Below are positions 27,761 through 41,802 of a stretch of 64,000 nucleotides of DNA, one piece after another (position 1 is the stretch's first letter; each line of letters starts with the position of its first letter). A program made the translations under genes and the position numbers. Below the pieces are notes generated by a model. That model was not told the origin of the DNA. It made no database searches and saw nothing but the letters and a program-made list of their open reading frames with translations. Source of the DNA: Rhizophagus irregularis (Eukaryota); contig NC_089435.1 of the NCBI RefSeq assembly GCF_026210795.1, positions 558,001-622,000 of the forward strand. Direction: 5' to 3'.

Positions 27761-28655
27761 TAGTCAGACCTCTACATACTAATTACCACATTCGAAGTGA
27801 AAATTATAGTATAATATAAAGTACTGATTATGCAATGTAAACTTATAGAGGTTTAAAATTAAATTTGTCCGTAGAACTACGAAACTGAATAAATAAATAA
27901 AATAATAATAATAAAAGTTGAAAATTAAAATATAAATAAACAAATGATAAAAATAAAAAAAAGCTTTAAGTTGCTTAAACCCAGAAAATTTTATGAGTAT
28001 ACAGTTTTTGTGATTTCGAATGGTTCGGTCATGATATATCAATAAATCATTAGTGCTGATCAAATACATCCGAAACCTAAAAAAATAAAAAATTTAAGAT
28101 AGTTTGCAAAGTATAATTTTAAAAAATTATAAGCTAGAAATAATGAGTTATTAGAACTTACGTTTCAGCTTGTTATCATGTAATTTTTAAGATATTTTTT
28201 ATGTTTTATTGTTCAATAAAATTTAGCCAAGTTTGTATAGATTTAAATACATCGCTCTCAAAGACATTTGTATTTGCACTTGTTCAGAATCATTTTCACT
28301 AATTTCATTTTCACCTGGATTAATGCATCTGCTAATAAAGCAGTGTAAGAATCCGATATTACATCAAGTTCTTTGATTATTTCATTGATATTTTCTATTT
28401 CATCATTCATTACTGTGTTCTGTCTTGTATTGGTTATATCTTCATTGGTTGAAGAAGGCAAAATTCCAGTTTTTTTCCAGCAATTGAAGATTGTTTCTTC
28501 AGTCACATTTTCCACGAATCTGCTGAACAATTAATAGCTTCTTTAGTAATGTCTTTTCCAAGTTTCAACGTATGGTGAAATATTTTCTCTTAAAATGATT
28601 TTTGAAACTTGCAATTATTTCGGCATCTAGAGATTGAAGATGGCTTGTTGTATAA
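27761..28655 (-). mobile_element. Truncated pogo/Tigger-like element with a DDE_1 transposase remnant
   Basis: TSHLQSLDAEIIASFKNHF and TIFNCWKKTGILP remnants; terminal (TA)TAGTCAGACCTCTACATA resembles a pogo TIR. Confidence 0.7.
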
Positions 28656-29618
28656 TAATGTTTAACCATAACTATTTGTTTTAAAAAAGTGCTAGAATGG
28701 TTGTAAAGAAAGAACTATTATTATTAACGCAAATTTCATTTAAAATTTCAGACTTTTTACTAAAAAAAAAATTAACGTTAAAATGTATCAAAAAAATGAT
28801 ATTCTTTTTTAAGAATGTAATTAAATATTATCAACTATTATTAACTTTTTTTATTTGAATTATCATCTTACGTAATTCAATTACGCTACGATAGATTTGA
28901 ATCTTCATCATTAAAACAATTTATTTCTAAACGGTGAATTTATATAAAGATTATACAACAATTTAATGTTACTTATTCTTTATAAAATTTACTAAGAAAT
29001 TAAATAATAAAATTTGTAGAAATTCATTAAATTTTAGTGATTTAAATTTTAATATACTCGAATTAAAAAATTAATAGGAGTCTTATGAGCTGAATCTTGG
29101 TTTCTTTTTCTTTTAACGACATTATGAAAAATCATACAGTATTTTGCAAAATGACATCAAATCTTTTATTATTGTTTTGTATAACATTTAATATTTCCCA
29201 TTTGCACTTCATCTATCACGAAATTAAAATAGTTTGACTAGAATTCAATATCATATTAAGAACGTCAAGCAAGATATCATCGTTTCGAATAATATCCTAT
29301 GATTATCTTTTCAGAAGTTATACACTAAACTCGTGGTTTCTTATTCGTTTTTTATAAATTCATGCCTGAATCATCTTTTCAGATAGATATCGTAAAATAT
29401 TCACATAAGAAATAAATCATGATCTCCAAGTTGATATATCTGATATTACGTAAATGTTAACGATCCTTAAAATTTTTGTTAACCAAATTTGGATAAATTT
29501 GTTTGTGGATCAATGATAATTTTAATATTGATCTCGTGATATGATTACTAATCAAGTGACCCCTTTAAAAAGAATTTAGAAATTTCGAATTTGTTCCATT
29601 ACACAAAAATTGCTTGTT

Positions 29619-29938
29619 ATGAAAAAAAAAAACATCAAAATTTATTTGGGTTCTGATCCATATGGAAAAGAATTAAAAGATGTAGTAAAAAATCATTTAA
29701 CATCTTTATCGACTAATGATCAATTTTCAAACTTAGAAATTGTTGATTTAGGAACACAAGACAAATATTATGATATTGCTTTTGAACTTGCGTCATTAGT
29801 TGGCGAAAGAAAAAAACTTGAAAATTCTGAAGAAGAAAAAAAAGGAATTTTAGTTTGTGGTACCGGAATGGTATGAATTTATTCATTTAAATAATTATTT
29901 AAATTTTTGTAAATTTTTTCTTTTTTTTTAATTTGAGA

Positions 29939-29977
<39 letters not shown>

Positions 29978-30868
29978 TGTAGGGAATGTCAATTATTGCG
30001 AATAAAGTTCCTGGAGTTTATGCTTCTCCATGTCAAGATGTTAAAACTGCTTTTGATTCTCGTGGAATTAATAATTCAAATGTTTTAACTTTAGGAAGTA
30101 TGGTTACAAACAATGATAATGCGAAGGAAATCATCGAAACTTGGCTTAAAACAAGTTTTACTAATGGATGGGAAGACAAACAGGATGTTAAAGTAAGTTC
30201 ATAAAAATGTTCTTTGAAATTTGAAAACTATCACATATATCATATTATCATTTTTTTTTTTTTATAGGATTTCCTTGAAAATTCGATGAAAGAAATTCCA
30301 AAACTTATTAATAATCATTCACATATTCCTTATTCAACTCAAGCATTAAGTGGGGATGCAAATAATGAAGCTTCATTTGTTTCTATTCCTGGGTTGGACG
30401 AACGTTGTAAATGGTGCCTTTTAAGACAGGAACGACATGTAAACACTTCTGATAGTAATGATGATAGTATTGAAAGACTCAGAGCTGTTGTTAGATTTCC
30501 AAAGGGGTCTATGGAGCGTAAGTCTGTTATTTATTCTTTCTTAATCAAAAGAGTGGGAAGAATCAAAGAATGAGAGAATTATATCAAATCAACGAATTAA
30601 CGAATTTCTCTCTTTTTTTTTAGCACCACATCATCATACTCATGGTCATGACGTTTTTGTTATTCGTGGTCATAAAACTGTTAAGAATCTTACAACAGGT
30701 GTTGATTATGAATTACGTCCTGGTGGTTATTTGTATACACCTGCTACTCAAATTCATCAAGTATTTTATCATGAAGATACTGAATATTGGTTTGGTAGTG
30801 ATGAAGGTTTTGATATGATGTGGGATAGTGATGTTAAAAATATTGTTTTTGAGGAGGATCAAAAATAA
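29619..30868 (+). CDS. RpiB/LacAB sugar-phosphate isomerase plus cupin fusion, DRT102-like, about 318 aa; exons 29619-29870, 29983-30192, 30268-30517, 30624-30868
   Basis: IYLGSDPYG, GILVCGTGMGMSIIANKVPGV, SRGINNSNVLTLG (RpiB); VRFPKGSMEPPHHHTHGHDVFVIRG..YLYTPATQIHQV (cupin); all introns GT-AG and in frame. Confidence 0.92.
29940..29977. repeat. (TAT)n microsatellite in intron 1 of the RpiB-cupin gene
   Basis: About 12 perfect TAT units. Confidence 0.95.
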
Positions 30869-32077
30869 TTTACTTTTTGAAATTTTTTATGATATATTAA
30901 AAGAATTTTTTTTTTAATGTATTATCAATTATATTATTATTATAAGCAATATTGTAAATAAAAGTCGTTAGTTTATTGAAATTCCTAAGAATGCGAGGCT
31001 TTATTAATTTAAATTTTCACATGATGTAACGTTCGGTAATCGGTGTATTTCATCTGAACGTCAACAAGTATACGATTATACGTATATAGTTGTTAACTGT
31101 TTTATACTCGAAACATAAATTTTACGTTTTTATTCCCTATTTTAACGAGTGCAGATACAAATTTAACGTTATATGAACGTCTAAATTCCGAATATTATAT
31201 TAGATAAAATGAGATATTAATATAAATTTGATAAAATATCTGCCAATGAGTTAATAATAAATATTATTTTTTTTAAAAAAATTGAAAAAGTCGTACCACA
31301 CACATCAAAGTGATTATAATATTACAAATATGGAAATAATTAACATGAAAATACTTAAACATCGTTTAACGCATAATAGAGACGTAATCTTATAGTATTA
31401 CTTTAATTAGGATCTGTTACGAAATCCCGAGTCCCGGTTCTTTGACAATCACAATTCCATCAGGCATCAAATCATATCCATGACAACCAAAATCTCACTA
31501 TCCTAATATATATAATTATACTGATAATTTTAAATTACAATATTAACGGTAATTTTATATATTTTTTTTATTTTAGTATAAAATTATTTTTTAATTGTCA
31601 ATTATAATCATTTTTTTTAATTACAATCTAAAAATTAAAATAAGGAATATGAAAATCATTGCTATGAGATTTGCAATCAATATTGGCATAATTTTTCAAG
31701 GCTGAATACAATTACCCTATTATTGATGATTGACCAGGAATACTTTGCAGTCTTGCGGTAGTATAGGCTGTGAACACTTTCAACATAACTTGGGACTGTG
31801 ACCATTTACCATTTTACTGTAGCAGTTTAGCTAGTTATGCCGCTTTAAAATGATTACATAATTACCAAAAGGAAGAAGGGCTGAACCATGGACCTTATAA
31901 AAAAATTTTATCCGTTATTTCTGTAAAACTCAGTAAAAATGAACCTTTCCCGGATTCATTAACGGAAAATGAAAATAATTCGATAGATCCTGTGATAGAA
32001 GGTTATTAATTCCGGAAATATGAGCCTTTTACGAAAAAAAAATGGAATATAAAAAACGGATCAACTTTTTTTACAGG

Positions 32078-33773
32078 AAATGAACAAATTGATAATCTAT
32101 TTCAATAAACGATGTAATATTTGAATGGATACCATGCCATCAGTTTAATAATACTAAACAACAAAACATATTCAGCAAGATGGAGGGATGGTCCATTAAT
32201 GTATGATGACCGCACATATAAAAATGAATACATAAGATATTCAGAAAATAAACCAGTTATTTTAAAATATTTACTAGCTGATTCACAAAATATTACCAAT
32301 GAATTTTTAAATAAATTATATAAAATTTTTTAAAATTAATTTCAATTATTTTTTATTGTATTTATATATATATATTTTTAGTAGATTATAAACAAATATA
32401 AGGGTTATCACAAAATCCTATTACATAAATATGTAAATACAGAATACGAATGGTGTAAGTCATGTCAAAAAAGTTATTTAAAAAACAACACAAATTGGAC
32501 CAGTAAAAATAAGCAAATTGATAAATTATTAATGACTATGGATGATACAATATTTGAAAGGATACCATATAATCAGTTTAATGATATTAAAGAATTAAGT
32601 AATACAACACATTCATAGGGATTGGAATCGATTATCATTATTAGAATCGATTTTAGAATCGATTAATCGTCGATTAATCGTTAATCGAAATTATACTACT
32701 TTCGGTCACGTGACTATTAAATTTATTAAGATCGGCATAAAAATATCCTTTTTGGGAATTTTGTACAACATAACTTGAATTTCATTGGACAACAAAATTT
32801 CCTTTTTTGGAATTTTGTTAATGTCACGTGACAACGACCTAACTTCTTATTAACGGACTACCCCAAAATGTCACGAAACGGCCGGCATTAAGAAATTAAG
32901 AAATTAACTATGTGACAAATAATGTGTGACAAATAGGTTTTTGTCAACCGAAATAAAACTAATACTTGTAGGGAAATCTTATTAACGCTACTGCGCCACT
33001 ATAAGTAAATTTGATTTTTATTCGATAATCGATTTAAAATCGATTCTTATCGATTTTCGATAAATTCGATTATTGTAAAATCGATTCCAATCCCTACACA
33101 TTCAGCAAGATGAAAAGTTGGTCCAATTATTATATCATTTTAAAAATGAGTATATTAGAGATTAAGCAAATAAAACAGTTATTTTAAAATATTTATTTGT
33201 TTTCAAAATATTACTGATGAATTATTAAATAAGGTATGCAAATTTTATTTTTAAACTTAATTTGGATTATTTTTTATTATATTAACACTTTTTAATAGAT
33301 TATAGAACATTATAATAAATTTCAAATATATGGATAGAATCCTACTAGTATAAAGAACAATTACATTATTGAAGATAAATATTTTAAATTTTTTGTGATA
33401 AATGTGGTAATAAATATACAAATATGGAATAAATGGTGTAAAGTATGTCAAAAGAATTATTTGAAAGAAACTTGACAAACTGGACTAGTAATAGTAACAA
33501 ATTGATAAATTAATTCAAGGAATGCAATTAAAATAACTGAAAGTTAAGTTAATGATTATAAAGACATTATATTTAATAGATACCATATAATTAATTTAAT
33601 GACATTAAAGAAATAGGTAAAGGTGGTTTTGCTAAAGTATATTCAGAAAAATGGAGGAATGGTCCATTATATTGGAATAAAAAGAATACAAAAGAGATAA
33701 AAGAAATTTAAACAAAATAGTGGCTTTAAAATGTTTAAATAATTCTCAAAATATTTCTAATAAATTTTAAATG
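32078..33773 (+). pseudogene. Degraded inverted copy of three N-terminal repeat exons of the 55.7-63.1 kb kinase
   Basis: FEWIPC, TYSARWRDGPLMYD, EIGKGGFAKVYS..WRNG, VALKCLNNSQNISNKF match 57450-58800 in reverse; stops and frameshifts. Confidence 0.85.
32616..33096. mobile_element. hAT-type MITE
   Basis: TIR TAGGGATTGGAATCGATT / AATCGATTCCAATCCCTA; perfect 8-bp TSD CACATTCA; AATCGATT subterminal repeats. Confidence 0.95.
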
Positions 33774-34623
33774 GAAGAAATGATGAGATCATTAGATAAT
33801 TATGTTTGAAACGAGAAAGTAAATATTATCTTTTCACACTATTTTATTCATAAAAATAACCAAATAAAAAATTATTTATTAAAAAAGGGCAAAAAAGGCT
33901 CTATATGTATGTTGCTGCAAATCCCAAAATAATTTTGTTAAAATATACAATTATTCAAATTTAAATATAATAATATGTAATTTATTATAAGTTTTTCTAA
34001 CTTAGATAAACTGAACCAAACTATTATTGTAGTTAAAAATTGTCTACCATAAAAATAATGGTTTTCTACAATAATTGTATGTTATTGAACGGGGCGTCAA
34101 AATATCGGCCGAAGGCCGATATAGCCCCGTTCAATAACAATATTATTATACGTGATATTAGGATTAGTGCGTGTGCTAATATAATTATATTGTCGATCAT
34201 CATTAAAAATATCGGGCATGATAACAAAAATATCGGTACAATGAATTCCGCACAATCCTAATGAGCGTGTAATAATTGATATTAAATTATGAAATTATGA
34301 TGTGTAGTATATGATAATAGATTTATTTCTACAAAATCAACAAACAAACCGTAAATAATGAGAGCATGTAAATAATTAAAATAAACTAATCCATTTTCGT
34401 AACTCAAAATATTTATAAATTAAACTGAAATTTTATTAAATGATCACAAACCCGCAGTAGTTAATGTGTGCAGTAACACCCGCAGATTTCTAAGTTAAGT
34501 TGCAAACTTGCAATGTTTCTGATTATAGAAATTGATCATCATAAAATAATATAAAAAGTGTTCGTACTCCAAACTTAAATTTCCACTGCATTTCTTACTT
34601 ATTCTCATTAAAAATTAAATACA

Positions 34624-36107
34624 ATGTCTTCAAAATTCTTGGCAGAATTATCTAACGATTACGAAAAACTTTTTGAGACAGAAATGGGATATGACGTTAT
34701 TATTTATGCCGGTGAAGATCAATATCATGTTAAGGAAATCCATGCTCATTCAAATATTTTATCTATTAGGTCTCAATACTTTCGCTCCGCATTTTCTAAT
34801 GAATGGGCTGAGAAAAAAGATGGAAAATTTATTTTCAAAAAGCCTAACATTTCTCCACAATTATTTAATATTATTCTTAGGTACTATTTATAATATGTAT
34901 AATAATTTATATGTTAAAGGAAAGGAACTTCTAAATTAATATTATATTATTGCACATTAGGTTTATTTATTGTGGAAATATTGAATTAAAGAATTTACAA
35001 GGTCCTGATGTATTGAAATTGTTAATTGCAGTTGATGAACTCAATATTCATTCTTTGGTTTCTCATATTCAAGAATTTTTGATTGAACATCAAACTGAAT
35101 TTTTATATCAAAATCCAACTGAAATTCTTGAAACTGTTTATCAACATGAAACATTTACAGATTTATGGAATTTCTGCCTTGAAAAAATTTGTGATGAACC
35201 TAAAGTTTTATTCAATTCTGATAAATTTATTGATTTAAAAGCTCCTTTATTAGAATTATTGTTAAAAAGAGATGATTTAAATATGGATGAAATTGAAATT
35301 TAGGAAAATTTGTTAAAATGGTGTTTTTCTCAACAAAATATGAAGAATGAACCATTTAAATGGAATAAAGAAGATATTACAAAGATTGAGAGGGCATTGT
35401 ACAGATTTATTCCTGTAATTCGATTTTATGATATTGAACCTACAGACTTCTTTTATAAAGTTTATTGTTATAAAGATATCTTACCATACGATTTAATACA
35501 TGATCTCTTGGAATTTCATATAGTTCCTAATATTAAGCCTAAATCTAATTTAACACCTTCAAGAAAACCAAATTTTAAATATCAACTTGATTCAACCTTG
35601 ATTGGATCGAACTATATTCCTATTTTTGCTTCATGGGTTGATAAAATGGATTCTTCATACTATAATAGAAAAAATATTCCTTATGACTTTAAATTATTGA
35701 ACCGCTCAAGTCAAGATGGAAATAATATTTCATCTTTTCATAAAAATTGTGTTAATAAAGGAGCCACTATTTGGATTGGAAAAATTAAAAATTCTGCACA
35801 ATTAATTGGTGGATATAATCCACTTGATTGGGATCAAAGTTTCTCTTGGAAAACTACAGCAGATAGTTTTTTATTTAATTTTACAAATGGAAAAGATTTT
35901 TCCACTGCAAAAAGAAGTTATGTTAGTATGCAGAATATGGCTGTTTATTGTAGTCCCAATCATGGAACAACTATGGGTAATTTACAACATTATAAAAATA
36001 GTTGGTCTTATAATAATTCTGATAATGGAAATCGTTATCCTAAAATAGGGATCCCAGAAAATTTTGAAGTAGAAGATTATGAAGTATTTCAAGTAATTAA
36101 AAAATGA
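34624..36107 (+). pseudogene. BTB/POZ-BACK-TLDc gene with one nonsense codon (TGG>TAG, 35301-35303); exons 34624-34880 and 34961-36107
   Basis: YDVIIYAGE..HAHSNIL..RSQYF (BTB); GATIWI..IGGYNPLDW..DSFLFNF..DYEVFQV (TLDc); paralogues have W at the stop position. Confidence 0.9.
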
Positions 36108-37321
36108 AAATAAAAGTTTATAAATATTTGTTTCATCTTCTAATACCATTTTATATTCATTAAAAGCGAGATTGTTTTTCAATTTGATATTATAAAGTAA
36201 TTGAGTTCATAATAATAATTAAATGTATGGACGTACTGTAATTATAATGCGATTTTAAGTGAGTAATATTAAATGTTATACTCAAATTAAACTCTAAATA
36301 AATTACAAAATTACCAATTTCAGAAAAAATAATTTGATATTAAAATGATTCACCAAACGCTAAATGTCCACAGTTTGTTATTTTAATGGATATTATTTTA
36401 ACAATTTCCTGGCTAAATTTATTGTTATTTTCCAACGATTGAAGTTTATGTGAATAAAATCAAAGCAACTTTTAAACAATTTTTCACAGTTGATTCAAAA
36501 TTAACATAATAAATTAAATCTATCTAAATAACCAAACTATTGCAAAAAAAAATAAATTAATTAAACCTGCATAATAAAGAAAAAATTGCCTACCTACTTA
36601 TTTTGAATTTGAATCAAAATTTTGTGATCCCCTTTGTCTGTAACTTTTATCTTAAATCCTCTATACTGATCTCCGAAGGTATCTTTTATTTTATGAATAA
36701 TATACTAATTAAATATATTAATGAAATTATTAAAACAAATTGACAAATAAGTTTTATAACTCAGAAATTTTGAATTTTAATGAAGAAAATTCAAAATTAT
36801 AGTAATTTATCAATTCACTCGTTAATTTTGTTAAGTACCTTCCCTTTAATTGATGCCATAACAACTGAACTACATACTGTACATAACTTGAAGAAAATCT
36901 TAAAATACTTTAATTTAAATATTATTACAAAAAAAAAGAGAAGTGATTTAATGAAGTATCTAAACCAACTGACATTCAATTCCTTACTCATGTTTATATT
37001 TTTGATAAATATCTCGAAAAAAGCATTGAAACACCTAATAAATTTTAGCCTATTGCGAGTTAATTTCGAAAGATAATGAATTTTAATTTTCACTTTTTCT
37101 CGATTTGTTCATAATTTATGATCCGTTGATATAAAGAATGAATATGTAAAAATAACTTATAAATGATCATATTTAAATAATACAAAAGCCAAAAATTAGA
37201 AATATTATTAGTATTATATTGATTGACTTGAAATGGTATTAGGGAATATGGATATAGGGATTTATTAGTTTTGATAACATACAAAAGTAAAGAAAATAAT
37301 GGCAGTATCATTAAGTAGAAA

Positions 37322-37944
37322 TAGTGGTTTGATCCATGACCAGATGAACCTGGGTAATTTTATTTTTCCAGATATCTGGATAATTGCGGTTTTTATCCAG
37401 ATAAATATCCGGTTAAAAATATCCGGATTTGACCTGGAATCTGGATAATAAAATTTTTTTAAAAAAAATCGATTTTGGGCCACCATAATAGTAATAGCGC
37501 AGCAATTTTGATGATAACAAATTCAACGGAAAATCTTTTGTACTTTATTTTCCATTATTATGCTTCAATTAGTTTGATTGGCTTTATATTTATTGTAATA
37601 TATTTATTGTGTATAACATCTAAAAATAATTTACATTTTTTCAAATTTTCGTGTAATGCTGGCCAAAATTATAATTTAACTTGAATGCACTATTTAATTT
37701 CGTAATTTTAATTATGGGTATAAAGCTCACCAGTGGTGATAGTTATCAGACCAACATTATGATATGCTTTGGCCAGAATTAAAAATCTAATAAAATATTG
37801 GCCGTCATTACATCATAAATAAATTCACAACTAGTAACCGTCACTACTGGTGATATTTAGTAATATCATACCCATTAATTATTATATATTTTATTTAACT
37901 ACAATCCTATCCGGATTTCGGTTTCTATCCGGATCAAAATACTA
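37322..37944. mobile_element. hAT-type MITE, same family as 53190-54102 in opposite orientation
   Basis: TAGTGGTTTGATCC / GGATCAAAATACTA ends, TSD AAGTAGAA (one extra A at left), ATCCGGAT subterminal motifs. Confidence 0.78.
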
Positions 37945-38010
37945 AAGTAGAAAATTTTATGACAGTATAGCTATATATGGTTTGACTTATGCAGAACAAC
38001 GTTATACAAT

Positions 38011-38191
38011 CCCAGTAAAAAGTTCTTGTACCAAATATAGGCCAATTATGAAATGAGCCCATTCGGTATAAAATTTGGCCATATTTATTTTAATTTTATC
38101 CCATTTATGGTCCAATTTTTTATACCAAACGGGCTCATGTATAAATTCAATACAAACCTAATATGAATTCAGTACAGGACTTTTTACTGGG
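38011..38191. mobile_element. CMC/EnSpm-type MITE
   Basis: TIR CCCAGTAAAAAGT / ACTTTTTACTGGG, 3-bp TSD AAT, internal inverted ATGAGCCC..GGTATAAAA. Confidence 0.85.
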
Positions 38192-38358
38192 AATGGGATA
38201 TAGATAAACATTAAAGTACTATTCAAACTGAACTTTCCGTTGTATTATGGTCGCTAACAGAAAATTCTATATTTTATTCAACAATTCATTATATAAAAAT
38301 TTGAAAAACTATAAATATATCACATTTTTAATATTTGTTCATACTGTAATATCATAAA

Positions 38359-40250
38359 ATGGAACTTGTAAAATTAAATGATCATGAAAATTTTTTTGAT
38401 CCAACACCAAAATTAAAATCCAGTCTCGTACCAATTTTTTTTGTTTCTTTTAATTGGATGATAATTATTGTATTCATTGTACATAACAACGACTATTTAT
38501 GCTCAAAAATATTGTAAAAAATCTTTATTGTATTATTTAACTAATATATAACTGATTGGACATATACTTATTCACAAAAAAGTTAGAATGTAAATATTAT
38601 ATTATAAACCAAATACTCAGTGATAGTTATAATTTGAATCCTTTCATAATTAAAAACGTGATTGAAAGTGAAAAATATTGTAAACTATGTGGAAAATTAC
38701 AATACCAAGGAACAGACCAGATATTATTAAAATCTCTCTTGGTTGTGTAGAATCAACCTTAATTAAAAAGCCTATTTCAATTATCTATTTGACATGGTGA
38801 GAAAAAAACCTTATTGTTATTGTTATGAAAATTAGTATTTACATCAGACTGTCAAAAATATTTTGAAAATTGTTTCACATTTTTCATTGGACGTAGATAT
38901 TGTTTAACAATAAACATTATTTTTATTATTTTTGGAATCAACTATTATTTTTGATACCATAAAGATTATTAGTATTAACAGCGAGAATAGTGTTTTAGAT
39001 GATTTTCACGTTAATAAGATGATCATATCAATTTGAAATAAAATACGAGTTAAAAAATATTGATAAGTGTTTCATTTTATCAGATAGTATACGTCATTTT
39101 CCTTTATATGTTCCAGGAAAATTTATATAATATATACCATATTCTCAATTTACAAATATAAAAGAAATAGCAAAAGGAAGGATTTAGTAGTATTATTTAT
39201 CAAGCAACTTTGTTAGATAGTTCAATATACAAAGAACATCATTATGTAATAATGTATGATACGGTTGTCATTTTAAAAAGATTTAAAATCATCAACTGAA
39301 TATGCTAAAAAATATTTATGAATGGATAAATTATAATTGTAAAATTGGAGATTTAGGATTATCTCGACCTGCAAATGATACCTCATCGGATAATGGAATT
39401 TATGGAGTAATACTACCTTATATTGCACCAGAAATATTTAAAGGGTCTGCATTTTCAAAAGAATCTGATGTTTATAATTTGGGTATGATTATGTGGGAAC
39501 TTACGACAGGCTGTAAGCCATTTGCTAACGTTAAAGATAATATTCATCTGATTATACAAATTATTGATGGAGAGCGGCCTGAAATCATTACAGAAGATAC
39601 ACTGGAATGTTATGCTAATTTAATGAAAAGTTGTTGGGACCCTGATCCCCCGAAAAGGCCTTCTATAAGTGACATTAATAATATTTGTGAAAACATTGTA
39701 TTGTGATAATCAATTTTATCAAGCTGAACTTAGAAGGAAAAAGTTAATAAATTCAAAGAAGCTTGGTCACAATTTTATTGAAAAGCCGAAAAGCCTCATC
39801 CAAAAGCTATTATTTATACAAGCAGATCATTAAATTCTTAATGTTCATCTATCAACTTTTTTATCAAATGGTATGTATGTATTATACTATTTTAATAAAA
39901 GTTAACTTTGAATAATTAAATTAAATATAGTTTTTTTTTTCTAGATTACAATTCAAAAGAACTTGAATTTGACATAGACATTGAAAAGTATTCAAAGTTA
40001 AAAAATATTTATTAAATTATTTATAATTCAAATCCAATAATTCAAAATAAAATCTTCAAAAAATACAATTTTATATTAAAACTGAATCCAACGTTCTTAG
40101 AACCAGGCGAATTAAACATTAATTCATGTGAAAGTAATGGTACATATTCTATTTGATTAAATTTATAATGTTTATATTTTATTTACTTATTTATCCATTT
40201 TTTTTTTAAATTTAAATATAGGAAAATACATTAAAATTAGTACCAATTAT
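38359..40250 (+). pseudogene. Degraded TKL-like kinase
   Basis: MELVKLND..FDPTPKLKSS N-terminus, IPYSQFTNIKEIAKG, KIGDLGLSRP, PYIAPE, CWDPDP; many frameshifts and the HRD region is deleted. Confidence 0.85.
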
Positions 40251-41802
40251 TAAAGGAATTCTTTCACAAACTGAAACGATAACATTTGTCCGGTTATCCG
40301 TATTATATTTGATTTTTAATCCAGTATTTTAATTTTAATTTGTGTATGCATATTTTTTTATTTCGTATTATTATTTAATTAGCTTTGGTGTTTTTTGCAA
40401 AGTGAGATTTAATTATCACAGCTGAGATCATAAATAGATATTTGAAAAACTGAATGTGTATTTTGTAAACTCTTAACGACCTAACCCAAATCTTAGTCCG
40501 GAGCTTAGCGAAGGACTATGTGTTTAGATGAGGTGGTGCAAAAATGTCCCGTTGTCTCGCTCATCCTTTGAGTCGATGTAATTGCTTCTTTCATAAATAA
40601 CAAATACTCTACCTATTTTGGGTTATATTTTTTAGCTTTTCAATATAAAGTTTTTAACGCATTCAAACTATTATCTTTATAAAATGCTATAGCAAGTATG
40701 AAACAAAATAATTATTTGTGCAAATTGTGAAATAGATTAAAGTGAATCAAAAAATAAATTAAATACATCAGTTTGCCTTTTTTATCTTTGTTGACCCTTC
40801 ATGTTGTTGTATCATTTCCAACGTGATAAGCTCCAACGGTTATCGTTTTCCTAGTATAATAAACTTTTGGGTGAATTTATTTGGGTAAGATTTGATATTA
40901 CTACTCACCCCAAAAATGCCAAAAATAATCTTTATACTTTTGTTAAATGGTTGAAGTAAATTTTGTAGGACAGATAAAATTATCTTTTGGAGCTTGTATT
41001 AAGTTTTATTTTAAAAAAAAAAAAAAGAAAGAAAAAATTTCGTCAAAAATTGTCAGTAATCGGCATGACGTCATAAATTTAGGGTGATAACTTTTTCCTA
41101 AACGGTTAAAGAAATTCATATGCAATTTGGTAAACATATACCTGCCCAATTCAAGTATATTATATAAGTGTCAATTAAATTGTTTATATTTTAAGTTACT
41201 TTAAAAATCAAAATAATGATTTGATACTTTTGTAACAGTCATGTGTACGTACATCACATGATCATTAATTATTCCAATTTTCATTGCTAATACAGTTTAT
41301 CGAAATATTATTTTGTTAATTAATGAAAAAAACTTAGTTTGTATTACTAATGATTTTTCATTTTTCAGTCATGCGGTTATCCAAACAAAGTATTATTATT
41401 TGTGTTTAGGCTGAATTTTTATCTATTACGTCAAATTTAAATTAATAAGCAATCTTGATATTTTATTAGATATATAATTGTGACTTTAATTTAAATGAAT
41501 TGAATCATTGCAACAGATTTAGTGAGAAATTTTTTTGTTCATGATAAATTTATAAATATTAAATCATTTTTAGGAATGGACCTGATCCAGTTTCAAGTAC
41601 GAAGGACTATATAATTTTATAAAAGGTGAAACAAATATCTGCATGTTACATTATTAATTTAATTAACTCTGTGACTAATTATTGAAACATATTTATTACA
41701 CAATATTAATCAGTATAAGTTGTATTAATTGTGCGACAATATCGGAATCATATATAATTTACCCATTTCAATATTTGATACTTCCCATTTGATATTTACA
41801 AC

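Noticed and set aside
31919..32077. Possible EnSpm-type MITE (CTGTAAAA..TTTTACAG)
   Set aside because: The inverted repeat is too short and degenerate, with no clear TSD.
36780..37684. Cluster of short ORFs on both strands
   Set aside because: Low-complexity I/F/K/N/L-rich translations of AT-rich DNA and a MITE, with no motifs.
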